Shown: piece after piece, positions 30,164 through 39,448 of the stretch
Position numbering within the stretch: the stretch's first letter is position 1
Layout of the letters: each line of letters begins with the position of its first letter
NCBI GenBank assembly: GCA_963725865.1
Contig: CAVSAC010000006.1
Span: 1-40,029 of the forward strand
Direction of reading: 5' to 3'
From: Candidatus Eiseniibacteriota bacterium
Lineage (GTDB): Bacteria; Eisenbacteria; RBG-16-71-46
DNA length: 40,029 bases
Notes under the pieces: generated by a model
What the model saw: only the letters and a program-made list of their open reading frames with translations
Told to the model about the DNA's origin: nothing
Databases searched by the model: none
Made by a program: the position numbers and the translations under genes

Positions 30164-30820
30164 ATGAATCGAGCGCTCGCACTCCTACTCGCGCTGTCCT
30201 TCTTCTCGCCGGTCGTGGCACACGCCGGCGACGGCTCGCTGGTGCTCGATCCACTGCCCGCCGAGCTGCGCGCGGGGGATGTGGTCACGCTGCGCTGGTC
30301 GGAGCCGGGGCACGAGGTCGAGGAGATGGAGGTGCTGCTCTCGGTCGACGGCGGCAGGAGTTACCCGCTGCGCGTGTCGCCCGAGCTCGACGCACGCTCG
30401 CGCGCCTATCGCTGGCGGGTGCCCGAGCTCGACGCCGCCGCCGCGCGGCTGCGGATCCGCGTCGGCCACCGCGATGGTGAGCGCGAGTGCCCGCCCAGCG
30501 CGCCGTTCCGGATCGCGGCCCGACCCGCGACCGCGGCGCGGCGTCCGACCCCGGGCGCCACGGTCCACGAGGCGGGCTGGTGGGACGGCTGGGATGCGAC
30601 CGCCGCGGGCGGTGGTGGTGCGCTCGCCGCCGCGGGCGAGGCGATCGGGATCCTCCGCGAGCCGGCGCTCTTCGTCGGCCCGCAGCGCACGCTGCGCGGC
30701 ATGGGGTCCGCACCGCCGCGCGTCGAGGCGGCGGTGCTGCCCCTCACGCTCGCGGCCGACCTGGTGCCCACCCGGCAGGTGCAGACCGCCCGCCCCGCCC
30801 GGGTCCCGATGCGCAACTGA
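30164..30820 (+). CDS. Secreted protein (Ig-like domain plus low-complexity tail) upstream of the TonB receptor
   Basis: Signal peptide MNRALALLLALSFFSPVVAHA; LRWS...EMEVLLSVDGGRSYP...YRWRVP. Confidence 0.65.
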   Translation: MNRALALLLALSFFSPVVAHAGDGSLVLDPLPAELRAGDVVTLRWSEPGHEVEEMEVLLSVDGGRSYPLRVSPELDARSRAYRWRVPELDAAAARLRIRVGHRDGERECPPSAPFRIAARPATAARRPTPGATVHEAGWWDGWDATAAGGGGALAAAGEAIGILREPALFVGPQRTLRGMGSAPPRVEAAVLPLTLAADLVPTRQVQTARPARVPMRN

Positions 30821-30908
30821 GCGAAGGCTGCCCCGTTCGCCTTCGATCGCACGGCGCGGCGCCCAGCGCGCGCCGTCACGCAACCGCATCGATCCAGGGG
30901 ATACCTCC

Positions 30909-32959
30909 ATGCTCTCCGTGCTCGTGCTCGCGGCGACCCTCGCCGCCGCGCGCCCCGATACCCTCGTGTACCCGTTCCAGGAAGTGGTGGTCACCGGCAC
31001 GCGCACGCCCGAGTCGGCGCTGAGCCTGCCTGCCGGCGTCAGCGTTGTGCACCGTGGGGCGTTCGCCGACACCCGCGGCAACAGCCTCAGCGACGCGCTC
31101 GGTGGCCTCCCCGGCGTGTTCGTGCAGAGCCGCGGCGGCTCGCAGGACGTGCGCATCACCATCCGCGGCTTCGGCGCGCGCGGCAACGGCGAGCGCTCGA
31201 ACGTCGGCAACATGCGCGGCATCCGCGTGCTCACCGACGGCATCCCGGTCACCGAGCCCGACGGCCGCACCTCGCTCGATCTGGTGGATCTCGGCAACAC
31301 CGATCGCATCGAGGTGGTGCGCAGCAACGCCTCGGCGCTCTACGGCAACGCCTCCGGCGGGATCGTGAACCTGCGCACCGATCTCGGCTTCGACCAGCCC
31401 TACGTCGAGTACCGCCAGCGCGCCGGCGCCTACGGGTACCACCGCGAGCAGGCGGTGGCGGGCTTCGGCGTGGGCCGCGCGCGCGGCGTGTTCTCGCTCT
31501 CGAACACCACGTTCGATGGCTGGCGCCCGCACAGCTCGGGCACGGCGACGCAGGCGTCGCTGCGTCTGACGGTGCCGCTCGGCGAGCACGACCACCTCGG
31601 GGTGCTGCTCGACGCGGTGAGCGACCTCAACCGCTTCCCGGGCGCGCTCACCCGCGCCGAAGCCGACGCGGATCCGACCCAGGCCAACGCGAGCTTCGTG
31701 TCTCGCGACGAGCGCCGCCGCAATCGCGTCGGCCGACTGGCGCTGACGCTGGGACCGCCAGGTCGAGGAGTCGATGGATCTCGCGCTGACCGCGTTCGCC
31801 GAGCCCAAGGTGCTCCAGCGCTCGGAGCGCAACCGCTTCCGCGACTTCAATCGCTACCACCTCGGTGGCAGCGGCGTGTTCAGCTGGCACGCCGTGGTCG
31901 CGCCGCGGGTGAAGAGCCGCGCTGAGCGTGGGTGCCGACGAGGCGTTCCAGGACGGCTGCGATCGAGTTCCACAGCCTGGATCCCGACGGCAGTCGCGGC
32001 ACCACGCTGGTGGCCAACAAGCGCGAGGGCGCCAACAGCGCGGGCGGCTTCGTGCGAGGAGCAGCTCGAGTCTCGCCGAGCGCTGGTCGGCCCGGCTCGC
32101 GGCGCGCTACGACAACCTCTGGTACATCGCCGAGGACTACATCGACCCGACCCTCGACGCGACCAAGCGCTTCACGCACGTCACGCCCAAGGGCTCGCTC
32201 GTCGTATCGCGCCGGCGCGCACACCGTCTACGCCTCGCTCGGCGGCGGCGTGGAGTCGCCCGCGTTCAACGAGATCGATCCGCCGCCGCCCTACGACGCG
32301 ACCACCGCGCTTCAACCCGTTCCTCGAGCCCATGCGCTCGGTGACCTACGAGCTGGGCGCCAAGGGCACGGCGCCGGCGGCCGCGCTCGGCCAGGTGCGG
32401 TACGACGCCGCGCTCTACTGGATCGACGTCACGAACGACATCGTGCCCTACAGCGGCGGCGCGTACTTCCTCACCGCGGGCAAGTCGCGCCGCCAGGGCG
32501 CGGAGCTGGGTCTCGACTGGCTGCCCGCGGTCCCGGCGCTGTCGCTGGGCGGCACGGTGCACGCTCTCGGAGAACCGGCTACCTCGACGTACACCAACGA
32601 CCTCGGCGACTACGCGGACGGCAAGCGTCGCGGGGCTGCCGGATGCGTCGTTCACCGCGCACGCTGCGCTACGAATCGAGCGCGGGCGTGTACGGCCGAG
32701 TTGGCGAGTCGAGCACGCCGGCGGCTACTTCGCCGACGATGCCAACACGGTCAGCACGCGTGCCTACACGCTGCTCAACGGCACCGTCGGCTACGCGCAC
32801 ACCGCCGGCCGCTACCAGGTGCGCGCGTTCGTCGCCGGCAACAACCTCACCGACCAGGAGTACGACGCGTCGGTGTTCATCAACGGCGTCAGCGAGCAGT
32901 ACTTCGAGCCGGGCCTGCCGCGGAACTGGATCGCCGGCCTCACCCTGCGCGGCTTCTAG
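30909..32959 (+). CDS. TonB-dependent receptor (frameshifted)
   Basis: TonB box EVVVTGTR, plug ITIRGFG...DGIP...IEVVRSNASALYGNASGGIVN; C-terminus NNLTDQEY...PGLPRNWIAGLTLRGF. Confidence 0.9.
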
Positions 32960-33009
32960 CCGCGCCCGCGCGCCGGCCGCGGACCAGGCGCGGCGGCGGG
33001 ACGTGACGC

Positions 33010-33038
33010 GAGCGGGCCGGAGATCCTCCGGCCCGCTC
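33010..33038 (+). terminator. Perfect 13-bp hairpin downstream of the TonB receptor
   Basis: GAGCGGGCCGGAG-ATC-CTCCGGCCCGCTC; no U-tract. Confidence 0.5.
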
Positions 33039-33457
33039 CGTCATCCGCTCGTCTCCCCGACCGACAAGGCAGCGGAGGCGGGACCACTTCGACCGACCGG
33101 CCCCCGATTACGATCGACCTCCGCGGGCCCGGCCATCCGCTCCTTGCCTGTCGTGGTCGAGGCCTCGCGGCCTCGCCGGACGCCATCGCAATCCGCGGGC
33201 CATGCGCTGTGCTCGCGCACCGCGGTGCGTCAGCGCGTTGTCGGACAACGGAGGCAGCGCCCCAGTCGCGGCGCCGCGGACGGTCCGGCGTGCCGGGGTC
33301 GCGGCGCTTCGACGCGTCCGATGGTCGGACGAAGGCCGAGCGCCCCGCCGCGCGGCTGTGCGCCGATCACCGCTTCCGCCAGCCGCGGTGCAGCCGCCGG
33401 CGCAGCGACGGGGATCCGGGCCGAGTGCGCCGCGCAGTCGGGCCCCGGACGAACCCC

Positions 33458-33487
33458 TTGACGCGCTGCACGCTTGTGCAGTAGAGT
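33458..33487 (+). promoter_or_regulatory. lexA promoter with a palindromic operator in the spacer
   Basis: TTGACG-18 nt-TAGAGT; the spacer contains CTGCAC-gctt-GTGCAG (33466-33481). Confidence 0.7.
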
Positions 33488-33537
33488 GCCGCGCGTGCCA
33501 GGTCCCATGTGGACCATCCAGGACGGAGGTGCGAAGC

Positions 33538-34148
33538 ATGCCCAACGAACGAGCGCGCGAGATCCTCGCCTTCATCCAGCGCTTCACGCGCGAGCACGGG
33601 TATGCCGCCGACCATCCGCGAGATCGGCGAGCCCTTCGCGATCCGCTCGACCAACGGCGTCCGCTACTACCTCAAGCTGCTCGAGAAGGCCGGCCACATT
33701 GACCGCAGCGACGGAAGATCTCGCGCGGCATCGGTCCAGTCGATCGCGGTGCGCGTCCTGCGGGCATCCCGGTCCTCGGCCGCGTCGCCGCCGGCCAGCC
33801 GATCCTGGCCGAGGAGAACTTCGAAGGTGCGCTCGAGCATGGCCGACATGTTCGGCGAGACCGAGCGACCTGTTCGCGCTCCAGGTGCGCGGCGACAGCA
33901 TGATCGACGCCGGCATCCTGCGAGGGCGACTACGTCATCGTGCGCAGCGCAGGAGCGCGCGCGCGCGGGCGAGATCGTGGTCGCGCTGCTCGGGGACGAG
34001 GCCACCGTGAAGTACTACCGAGCCCCGGCGCGGCGGCGTCGATCTCGTGGCGGCGAACGAGAAGTACGCGCCGATCGAGGTCGGTCCCGACGACCAGGTT
34101 CCGCATCCTCGGCATCGTGCGCGGCGTCGTCCGCACGGTCGGGCGTGA
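33538..34148 (+). CDS. lexA: SOS repressor LexA (frameshifted; end approximate)
   Basis: EILAFI...PPTIREIG...[16 protein letters not shown] w[11 protein letters not shown] cleavage site; [15 protein letters not shown] (Ser); EATVK (Lys). Confidence 0.92.
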
Positions 34149-34239
34149 GGTCTCGGCTTCGGCACCCGACCGCACCGGGCCGCATCGATTCGGTGGTGCG
34201 GCTCATCTGAAAGGGCGCAAGGACACCGAGAGTGGGAGT

Positions 34240-34261
34240 GCCGGGCCTCCCGGTCTTTTTT
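34240..34261 (+). terminator. Probable intrinsic terminator after lexA
   Basis: GCCGGG-CCT-CCCGGT followed by CTTTTTT. Confidence 0.5.
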
Positions 34262-34273
34262 CGCCCTCGCTAG

Positions 34274-34287
34274 TGCACATACGTTCA
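34274..34287 (+). promoter_or_regulatory. Second candidate LexA operator
   Basis: TGCAC-atac-GTTCA upstream of the GGAGGT RBS of the tnpA-like gene. Confidence 0.55.
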
Positions 34288-34321
34288 ACGATCCCCGCAG
34301 GAGGTATGCCGTGGATCGCTC

Positions 34322-34768
34322 ATGGCTCCCGCAGTGCAGCAGGCTCTGATCGGACGTTGGGAGCCGGTCTACCGCAGCCAGCTCCACTACCTCGTCACCT
34401 GGAACACGCGGGGGCGCCGTCCGGTGCTCAGGGAGCGCCATGTGGACGCGCTCCAGGAGTCGGTCCGTCGCACCTGCGACGAGCGCGAGTTCGCGCTGCT
34501 CGAGGTGGTCGCGGGGCCGGACCACGTGCACGTCGTCCTGGCGCTGCGCCCGTCGCAGAGCGTGGCGAGCGCGGTGCGCGAGCTCAAGGGTCGCACGGGC
34601 ATGGACCTCATGTCGAGCTTCCCCGAGCTGCGCGTGTGGCTGCGCGGCAACCTGGTGTGGGACGAGCGCTACTCGGTGGAGACCGTGAGTCCGCGCGCGG
34701 CTAGAGCGCGTGCGGGAACGTCTGCGGACGCTCCATGCGCTCGAGGACGATCTCGCACGGCGAGTTAG
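34322..34768 (+). CDS. IS200/IS605 TnpA-like (Y1 HUH) protein, apparently lacking the catalytic Tyr
   Basis: LHYLVTWNTRGRRPVL, PDHVHVVL (HUH), VRELKGRT, FPEL, VWDERYSVETVS. Confidence 0.75.
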   Translation: MAPAVQQALIGRWEPVYRSQLHYLVTWNTRGRRPVLRERHVDALQESVRRTCDEREFALLEVVAGPDHVHVVLALRPSQSVASAVRELKGRTGMDLMSSFPELRVWLRGNLVWDERYSVETVSPRAARARAGTSADAPCARGRSRTAS

Positions 34769-34911
34769 CGGGGAGAGCAGGTAGCGGAGCAGGAGGGAAC
34801 CGGGGCGGCCGACTAGCGCTGCATCTCGAGGATGATGTGCCGCCCCGGCGTCTCCCTTCCTTCATCTCGCCGCGCGGCCGTGGGAGCGCGCGGCGGGATC
34901 GCCGCCCTCGC

Positions 34912-35631
34912 TCAGGTGCCCGATGCGGCCAGCGCGGGTGTCGCCGGGCTGCTCGCCTGCATCGATTCCGGCTCGAGGATTCCGAGCCAGTGCCCCGCAC
35001 GCTGCTGCTTGGTGGCGAGGTAGCGCTGGTTGTGGCGGTTCGCCGGAGCGATCAGCGGCAGGCGCCCCGCCACCTTCACGCCGAGCGCGCGCAGCCCCTC
35101 GACCTTGGCGGGGTTGTTGGTCATGAGCACCACGCTGCGCACACCCAGAGCCTCGAGCATCTCGGCCGCGACCGAGTAGTCACGCACGTCGTCGCCGAAG
35201 CCGAGCAGGTGGTTGGCGTCGACGGTGTCGTGCCCGTCGTCCTGCAGGGCGTACGCGCGGATCTTGTTCGTGAGGCCGATGCCACGGCCTTCCTGTCGCA
35301 GGTAGAGCACCACGCCCGCGTCGAGCTGGCCGATGGACTCGAGCGCGGCGGTGAGCTGGTCACGGCAATCGCAGCGCAGCGAACCCAGCACGTCGCCGGT
35401 CAGGCACTCGGAGTGGACGCGCGTCGGCACGCGCGAACGGCCGCGCACCGTGCCGCGCACGATCGCGAGGTGCTCGTGGCCATCCGTTCCGGTGGTGAAG
35501 GCCACGGCGCGGAACTCGCCGAAGCGGGTCGGGAGCTCGGCGACCGAGACGATGCGGAGCGGCTGCCCGGGCGTGGTGAGGTGCTGCGCGGCGCGGTCCG
35601 TCGTCGGGTCGGTGGGGCTGATCGGACGCAT
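34912..35631 (-). CDS. ribA: GTP cyclohydrolase II
   Basis: LPTRFGEF, RVHSECLTGDVLGSLRCDCRDQL, YLRQEGRGIGLTNKIRAYALQD, LMTNNPAK. Confidence 0.95.
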   Translation of the reverse strand: MRPISPTDPTTDRAAQHLTTPGQPLRIVSVAELPTRFGEFRAVAFTTGTDGHEHLAIVRGTVRGRSRVPTRVHSECLTGDVLGSLRCDCRDQLTAALESIGQLDAGVVLYLRQEGRGIGLTNKIRAYALQDDGHDTVDANHLLGFGDDVRDYSVAAEMLEALGVRSVVLMTNNPAKVEGLRALGVKVAGRLPLIAPANRHNQRYLATKQQRAGHWLGILEPESMQASSPATPALAASGT

Positions 35632-35731
35632 GACTGGGTCTCCGTGGGGGGTTCCGTGGGTGGCGTTCTCTAGATGCGTCACACCCCGCCGGAGACTCGT
35701 GACTTCTTGTCCAGGGATCGGGCCGCTACAC

Positions 35732-36736
35732 TCAGGCGCGCTCGGCCTGCGCCGGGCCTGACTCCGGCGTGACGCTGGATGCGAGCGCCGCCGCCGCAAG
35801 GACCATCCCCGCCCCCAGCCACTGCACCGGGCCCAGGCCCTCGCCCAGCAGCAGCGCGGAGGCCACCACCGCGATCACCGGTTCGAGCGTGGCGATCACC
35901 CCGGCCTCCGCGGGCGGCAGCAGGCGCAGCCCCGCGTTGAAGAGCGAGAACGGCACCAGGGTCGAGAACACGCCGAGGCCGAGGAACATCCACCACAGCG
36001 ATGCGTCGAAGTGCGCGCCGAGGATGCGCGACGGCGGCAGCACGATCATCCAGAACAGTGCCGCCACCAGGAAGGTGTGGAACAGCACGGTCTCCGAGGC
36101 GTAGCGCCTCAGCCCGCGCTTCGAGCGGATGATGTAGAAGGCGAAGATGAACGCGGACAGGAACGAGATCACCCAATGCACCGGCCGGGCGCCGCGCGCC
36201 GCGGGGTTGACCTCGCCGACCAGCAGCGCCGTCCCGGCGAGCGCCGCCACCACCGCGGCGATCATGAGCGGTCCGGGCCGACGCCCGCGCAGCGCGTCCC
36301 ACACCACGATCAGGGACGGGGCGAGGTACTGGATCAGGATGGCGAGCCCGACGCCGAGCGTGGAGATCGAGACGTAGTACGTGCTCTGCAGCGCCGCGAC
36401 GCCGAAGAGCCCGAGCGTGACGAAGTAGCCGATGTCGGCGCGCTGGATGCGCAGCGCGGCCGGCCGCCGCAGCGCGAGCCACGCGCCGAGGATGCTGACC
36501 GCGAACACCAGCCGCAGCTCGACGGCGACCAGGGGCGGGACCTGCCGGTCGCGGAACACGTAGCGCGCGAGTGTGGCCGAAAGCCCCCAGAACAGGGTGG
36601 CGCCGAACACCAGCCAGCGCCCGCGCGCACGGTGCGCGACCGGATCGAGCGGGGCACCGGGCGCGGCCGCGGCGCCCGCGACATCCCGCGCGGGCCCGCT
36701 CGCTTCCGGCGTCCGCGGGCCACGACCGGAGCTCAT
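35732..36736 (-). CDS. EamA/DMT family transporter
   Basis: About 10 TM segments; ILIQYLAP, ATLEPVIAVV...LLGEGL. Confidence 0.88.
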   Translation of the reverse strand: MSSGRGPRTPEASGPARDVAGAAAAPGAPLDPVAHRARGRWLVFGATLFWGLSATLARYVFRDRQVPPLVAVELRLVFAVSILGAWLALRRPAALRIQRADIGYFVTLGLFGVAALQSTYYVSISTLGVGLAILIQYLAPSLIVVWDALRGRRPGPLMIAAVVAALAGTALLVGEVNPAARGARPVHWVISFLSAFIFAFYIIRSKRGLRRYASETVLFHTFLVAALFWMIVLPPSRILGAHFDASLWWMFLGLGVFSTLVPFSLFNAGLRLLPPAEAGVIATLEPVIAVVASALLLGEGLGPVQWLGAGMVLAAAALASSVTPESGPAQAERA

Positions 36737-36752
36737 GCCCGGCCGACGCGCA

Positions 36753-38144
36753 CTAGAGCAGCCGGCGCCGCACCAAGCTGAGGGTGCGACGTGACTCGCC
36801 GCGCTTCACCACCAGCGTGACGGTCGAGCCGGGAGGGCCCTCGAGCCGGCGCAGGAAGCCGATCACCTCCATGGCGCGCGCGTCCTCGCCGTCGAGCGAC
36901 TCGACCTCGTCGTCTGCAGCGATGCCCGCCTCCTCGGCCGGCGTGCCCTCGGCCACCGCGACCACGCGCATCGCGCCCTCGACGCGCTCCACCTGGATGC
37001 CGATGTGGGAGTACTCGTTCGGACGCGCATCGCGCCCCACGGCGACCGGGTCGAGCCACACCAGTCGCCGCGCGAAATCGATGGCCACCCGGTGATGGCG
37101 CAGAAACGAGTACCCGAGCAGGCCGTGGATGGGTTCGCCGATGGCCCGCGACAGCACCTCCGAGAGCTCGCCCTCCATCACCGCGGCATCCATGTCGGTG
37201 ACCCGCGCCGCTCCCGAGCTGGCCTCGAGGCTCATGCGCGGCACGCGGATCACGCGCGCGGCGGCGCTGCCGAGGAGCGTCGGCGCGGTGAGGCCGCGCA
37301 GCGCCGGCCAGCGCGCGGCGCGCGGCGCCGCGCGGCTGAACGCGGGATCGAACAACACCGTCTTGGACGCGCCGGTGTCGAGCACCAGCGTGAGCGCGCC
37401 GCTGCGCGCGCGCCCATCCACCTCCTCCACGCGGGCACGCACCAGGAGCTTGCCATCACCGGCGAGCCGGAACGGCACGGCGCGCGCGTGTGCCGACAGA
37501 CCAGGCACCTGGCGTCGCGATGCGGCGAGCGCGCTCTCGCCTGCACGCGCCGCCCCGGCGGGCACGAGGGCAATGATGCCGCTCTGGTAGTCGAGGCAGA
37601 CGATGAATGGCGCGAGCGGCCGCTCGCCGAGCAGGCCCAACACGCCCCGGTCGGTGACGCGCCGCACCACGTCGGCATCCACCGTGAGCACCGGCGCGAT
37701 CTGATCGAGCTGGGCATCCGCCAGCGTGAGGCGCGAGAGAGGATGCGGCGCGAGCTCCAGCGCGCCGGGCGCCACCAGAGTGTCGGTGAGCCCGAGCGCG
37801 AAGGCGACCTGGCGGTCGAGGGCGAGGTATCCCGCGCCGGTGTCGACGACGAGGTCGCCGGTGGTGTCGCGGCCGTTCGCACCGCGCAGCGTGGCGTGGA
37901 CGAGAAGGATCCCGTCGAGGTCCTCGGCCGGGAGCAGTTGCGTGCCTTCGGGCCAGGCGCGTGCAGCGGCCGCCGGCCTGGCGTCAGCACTGCCAGCGGT
38001 GACCGCGAGGCTCAGCAGGACTGCAGCGAGCGCGTTCGTCGCCGCGTGTAATCTAGATAGCAAATTGTGCCACTTTGAAATATACGATTTCGTATTGGCA
38101 ATTGGACATGCTCCGGCGCGGCCCGGAGCACGCGCCGGACTCAT
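36753..38144 (-). CDS. Aspartyl protease (two retropepsin-like domains) with a C-terminal PDZ domain; start uncertain
   Basis: VVDTGA and VLDTGA motifs, GLLG twice, PDZ-like GTPAEEAGI..DDEVESLDG...GSTVTLVV. Confidence 0.8.
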   Translation of the reverse strand: MSPARAPGRAGACPIANTKSYISKWHNLLSRLHAATNALAAVLLSLAVTAGSADARPAAAARAWPEGTQLLPAEDLDGILLVHATLRGANGRDTTGDLVVDTGAGYLALDRQVAFALGLTDTLVAPGALELAPHPLSRLTLADAQLDQIAPVLTVDADVVRRVTDRGVLGLLGERPLAPFIVCLDYQSGIIALVPAGAARAGESALAASRRQVPGLSAHARAVPFRLAGDGKLLVRARVEEVDGRARSGALTLVLDTGASKTVLFDPAFSRAAPRAARWPALRGLTAPTLLGSAAARVIRVPRMSLEASSGAARVTDMDAAVMEGELSEVLSRAIGEPIHGLLGYSFLRHHRVAIDFARRLVWLDPVAVGRDARPNEYSHIGIQVERVEGAMRVVAVAEGTPAEEAGIAADDEVESLDGEDARAMEVIGFLRRLEGPPGSTVTLVVKRGESRRTLSLVRRRLL

Positions 38145-38554
38145 CGCGGCTCGCGACCGCGACTGAAGTCCGAGCCGATCTCCACGCCTTCCGAGCCGGC
38201 TTCGAGCATCGTGCAGCGGCCAGTGAAGTGGACGCCCTGCTCCATCACCACGCTGAAGGCGGAGACGTCCCCGTCCATGCGGGCCCCGGTCCTCAGCTCG
38301 ATCACGCCCAGCGCGCGGATGCTCCCGATCACGCGGCCCTTGACCATCGCTTCGCGCACTTCGATGTCGCACCGCATCACGCCGTGCTCGCCGACCTCGA
38401 GGCGCTCGCAGCTCAGCACGTCGCCCTCGAACTCGCCGTCGATACGGAGCGTGCCGGCGATCATCAGCGTTCCGCGCACGCTGGAGCCCACCCCGATCAC
38501 GGTGTTCACGCGATTGGTCTCTTCGGACTGCTGCTTGCTGCCGAATCGCATCAC
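38141..38554 (-). CDS. Bactofilin (polymer-forming cytoskeletal protein)
   Basis: TVIGVGSSVRGTL...LRIDGEFEGDV...VKGRVIGSI...MEQGVHFTGRCTM beta-helix repeats. Confidence 0.9.
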   Translation of the reverse strand: MMRFGSKQQSEETNRVNTVIGVGSSVRGTLMIAGTLRIDGEFEGDVLSCERLEVGEHGVMRCDIEVREAMVKGRVIGSIRALGVIELRTGARMDGDVSAFSVVMEQGVHFTGRCTMLEAGSEGVEIGSDFSRGREPR

Positions 38555-38581
38555 AGGGCCCTCCTGGCCAGTGGCGTCAAG

Positions 38582-39448
38582 CTACAGGACTCCCCAGGCT
38601 TCGAGCAGTCGTTCCAGGTCCTCCTGGCTGTAGAACTCGAATTCGACGCGGCCGCCCTTGCGGCCCGGCACGATGACCACGTTCGTGCTGAAGCGTTGCT
38701 TGAGCTTGTTCTCCCACTCGGAGAGCCCCTCCAGCCTGGCGACCTTGGGCCGAGTGTGGGCTTTGCGCTCCCGGCGCCGGACGAAGGCCTCGGTCCGCCG
38801 GACCGAAAAACCCTTGCTCACGACGTACCGCGCCGCGGCCAACTGGTCACCGCCGCTTTCGATCCCGAGAATCGCCCGCGCATGGCCCGCGGAGAGTGTT
38901 CCACGTGAAACCATGTCCTTCACCTCGGGCGGCAGCGCGAGCAGGCGGAGCGAGTTCGAGATCGAGCTGCGCTGCTTGCCCACCCGCTCCGAGAGCTGAT
39001 CGTGGGTGAGTCCGACCTTGTCCACGAGCGCTTGGTACGCCTTCGCCTCGTCGATCGGGTTCAGGTCCTCCCGCTGGATGTTCTCGATCAGCGCCAGCTC
39101 CATCATGCCGCGGTCGTCGTAATCGCGGATGATCGCCGGGATCTTCGTGAGCCCGGCGAGCTGGGCCGCGCGCATGCGGCGCTCGCCGGCGACGAGCTGG
39201 TATTCGCCCACGCCATGCTGCCGGACGAGGATCGGTTGGATGACGCCGGTGGACCGGATCGAATCCGCCAGCTCCTTGAGCGCGGCCTCGTCGAAGCGCG
39301 TGCGGGGCTGGAACGGGTTCGGCTCGATGGCGTGGATGGGCAGCTCTGGCGCCACCGCCCATGGGCACTGCTTGCCTTCGACCGCTTCGCTGGCCGTCGA
39401 GGCCGAGATCAGTGCCTCGAGGCCGCGTCCGAGGACCTTTCTACTCAT
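38582..39448 (-). CDS. parB: Chromosome partitioning protein ParB/Spo0J
   Basis: LGRGLEALI, PNPFQPR, GVIQPILVR, VAGERRMRA, ALIENIQREDLNPIDEA. Confidence 0.96.
   Translation of the reverse strand: MSRKVLGRGLEALISASTASEAVEGKQCPWAVAPELPIHAIEPNPFQPRTRFDEAALKELADSIRSTGVIQPILVRQHGVGEYQLVAGERRMRAAQLAGLTKIPAIIRDYDDRGMMELALIENIQREDLNPIDEAKAYQALVDKVGLTHDQLSERVGKQRSSISNSLRLLALPPEVKDMVSRGTLSAGHARAILGIESGGDQLAAARYVVSKGFSVRRTEAFVRRRERKAHTRPKVARLEGLSEWENKLKQRFSTNVVIVPGRKGGRVEFEFYSQEDLERLLEAWGVL
38897..38912. other. parS centromere-like site inside parB
   Basis: TGTTCCACGTGAAACC versus consensus TGTTTCACGTGAAACA. Confidence 0.8.

Noticed and set aside
30821..30908. Cobalamin riboswitch upstream of the TonB receptor
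   Set aside because: Too short, and no B12-box was seen
35632..35731. FMN riboswitch upstream of ribA
   Set aside because: Gap is only about 100 nt and lacks the conserved RFN sequence blocks
38059..38072. Sigma54-like TGGCAC...TTGCT on the minus strand
   Set aside because: GG-to-GC spacing is 8 nt rather than the required 10
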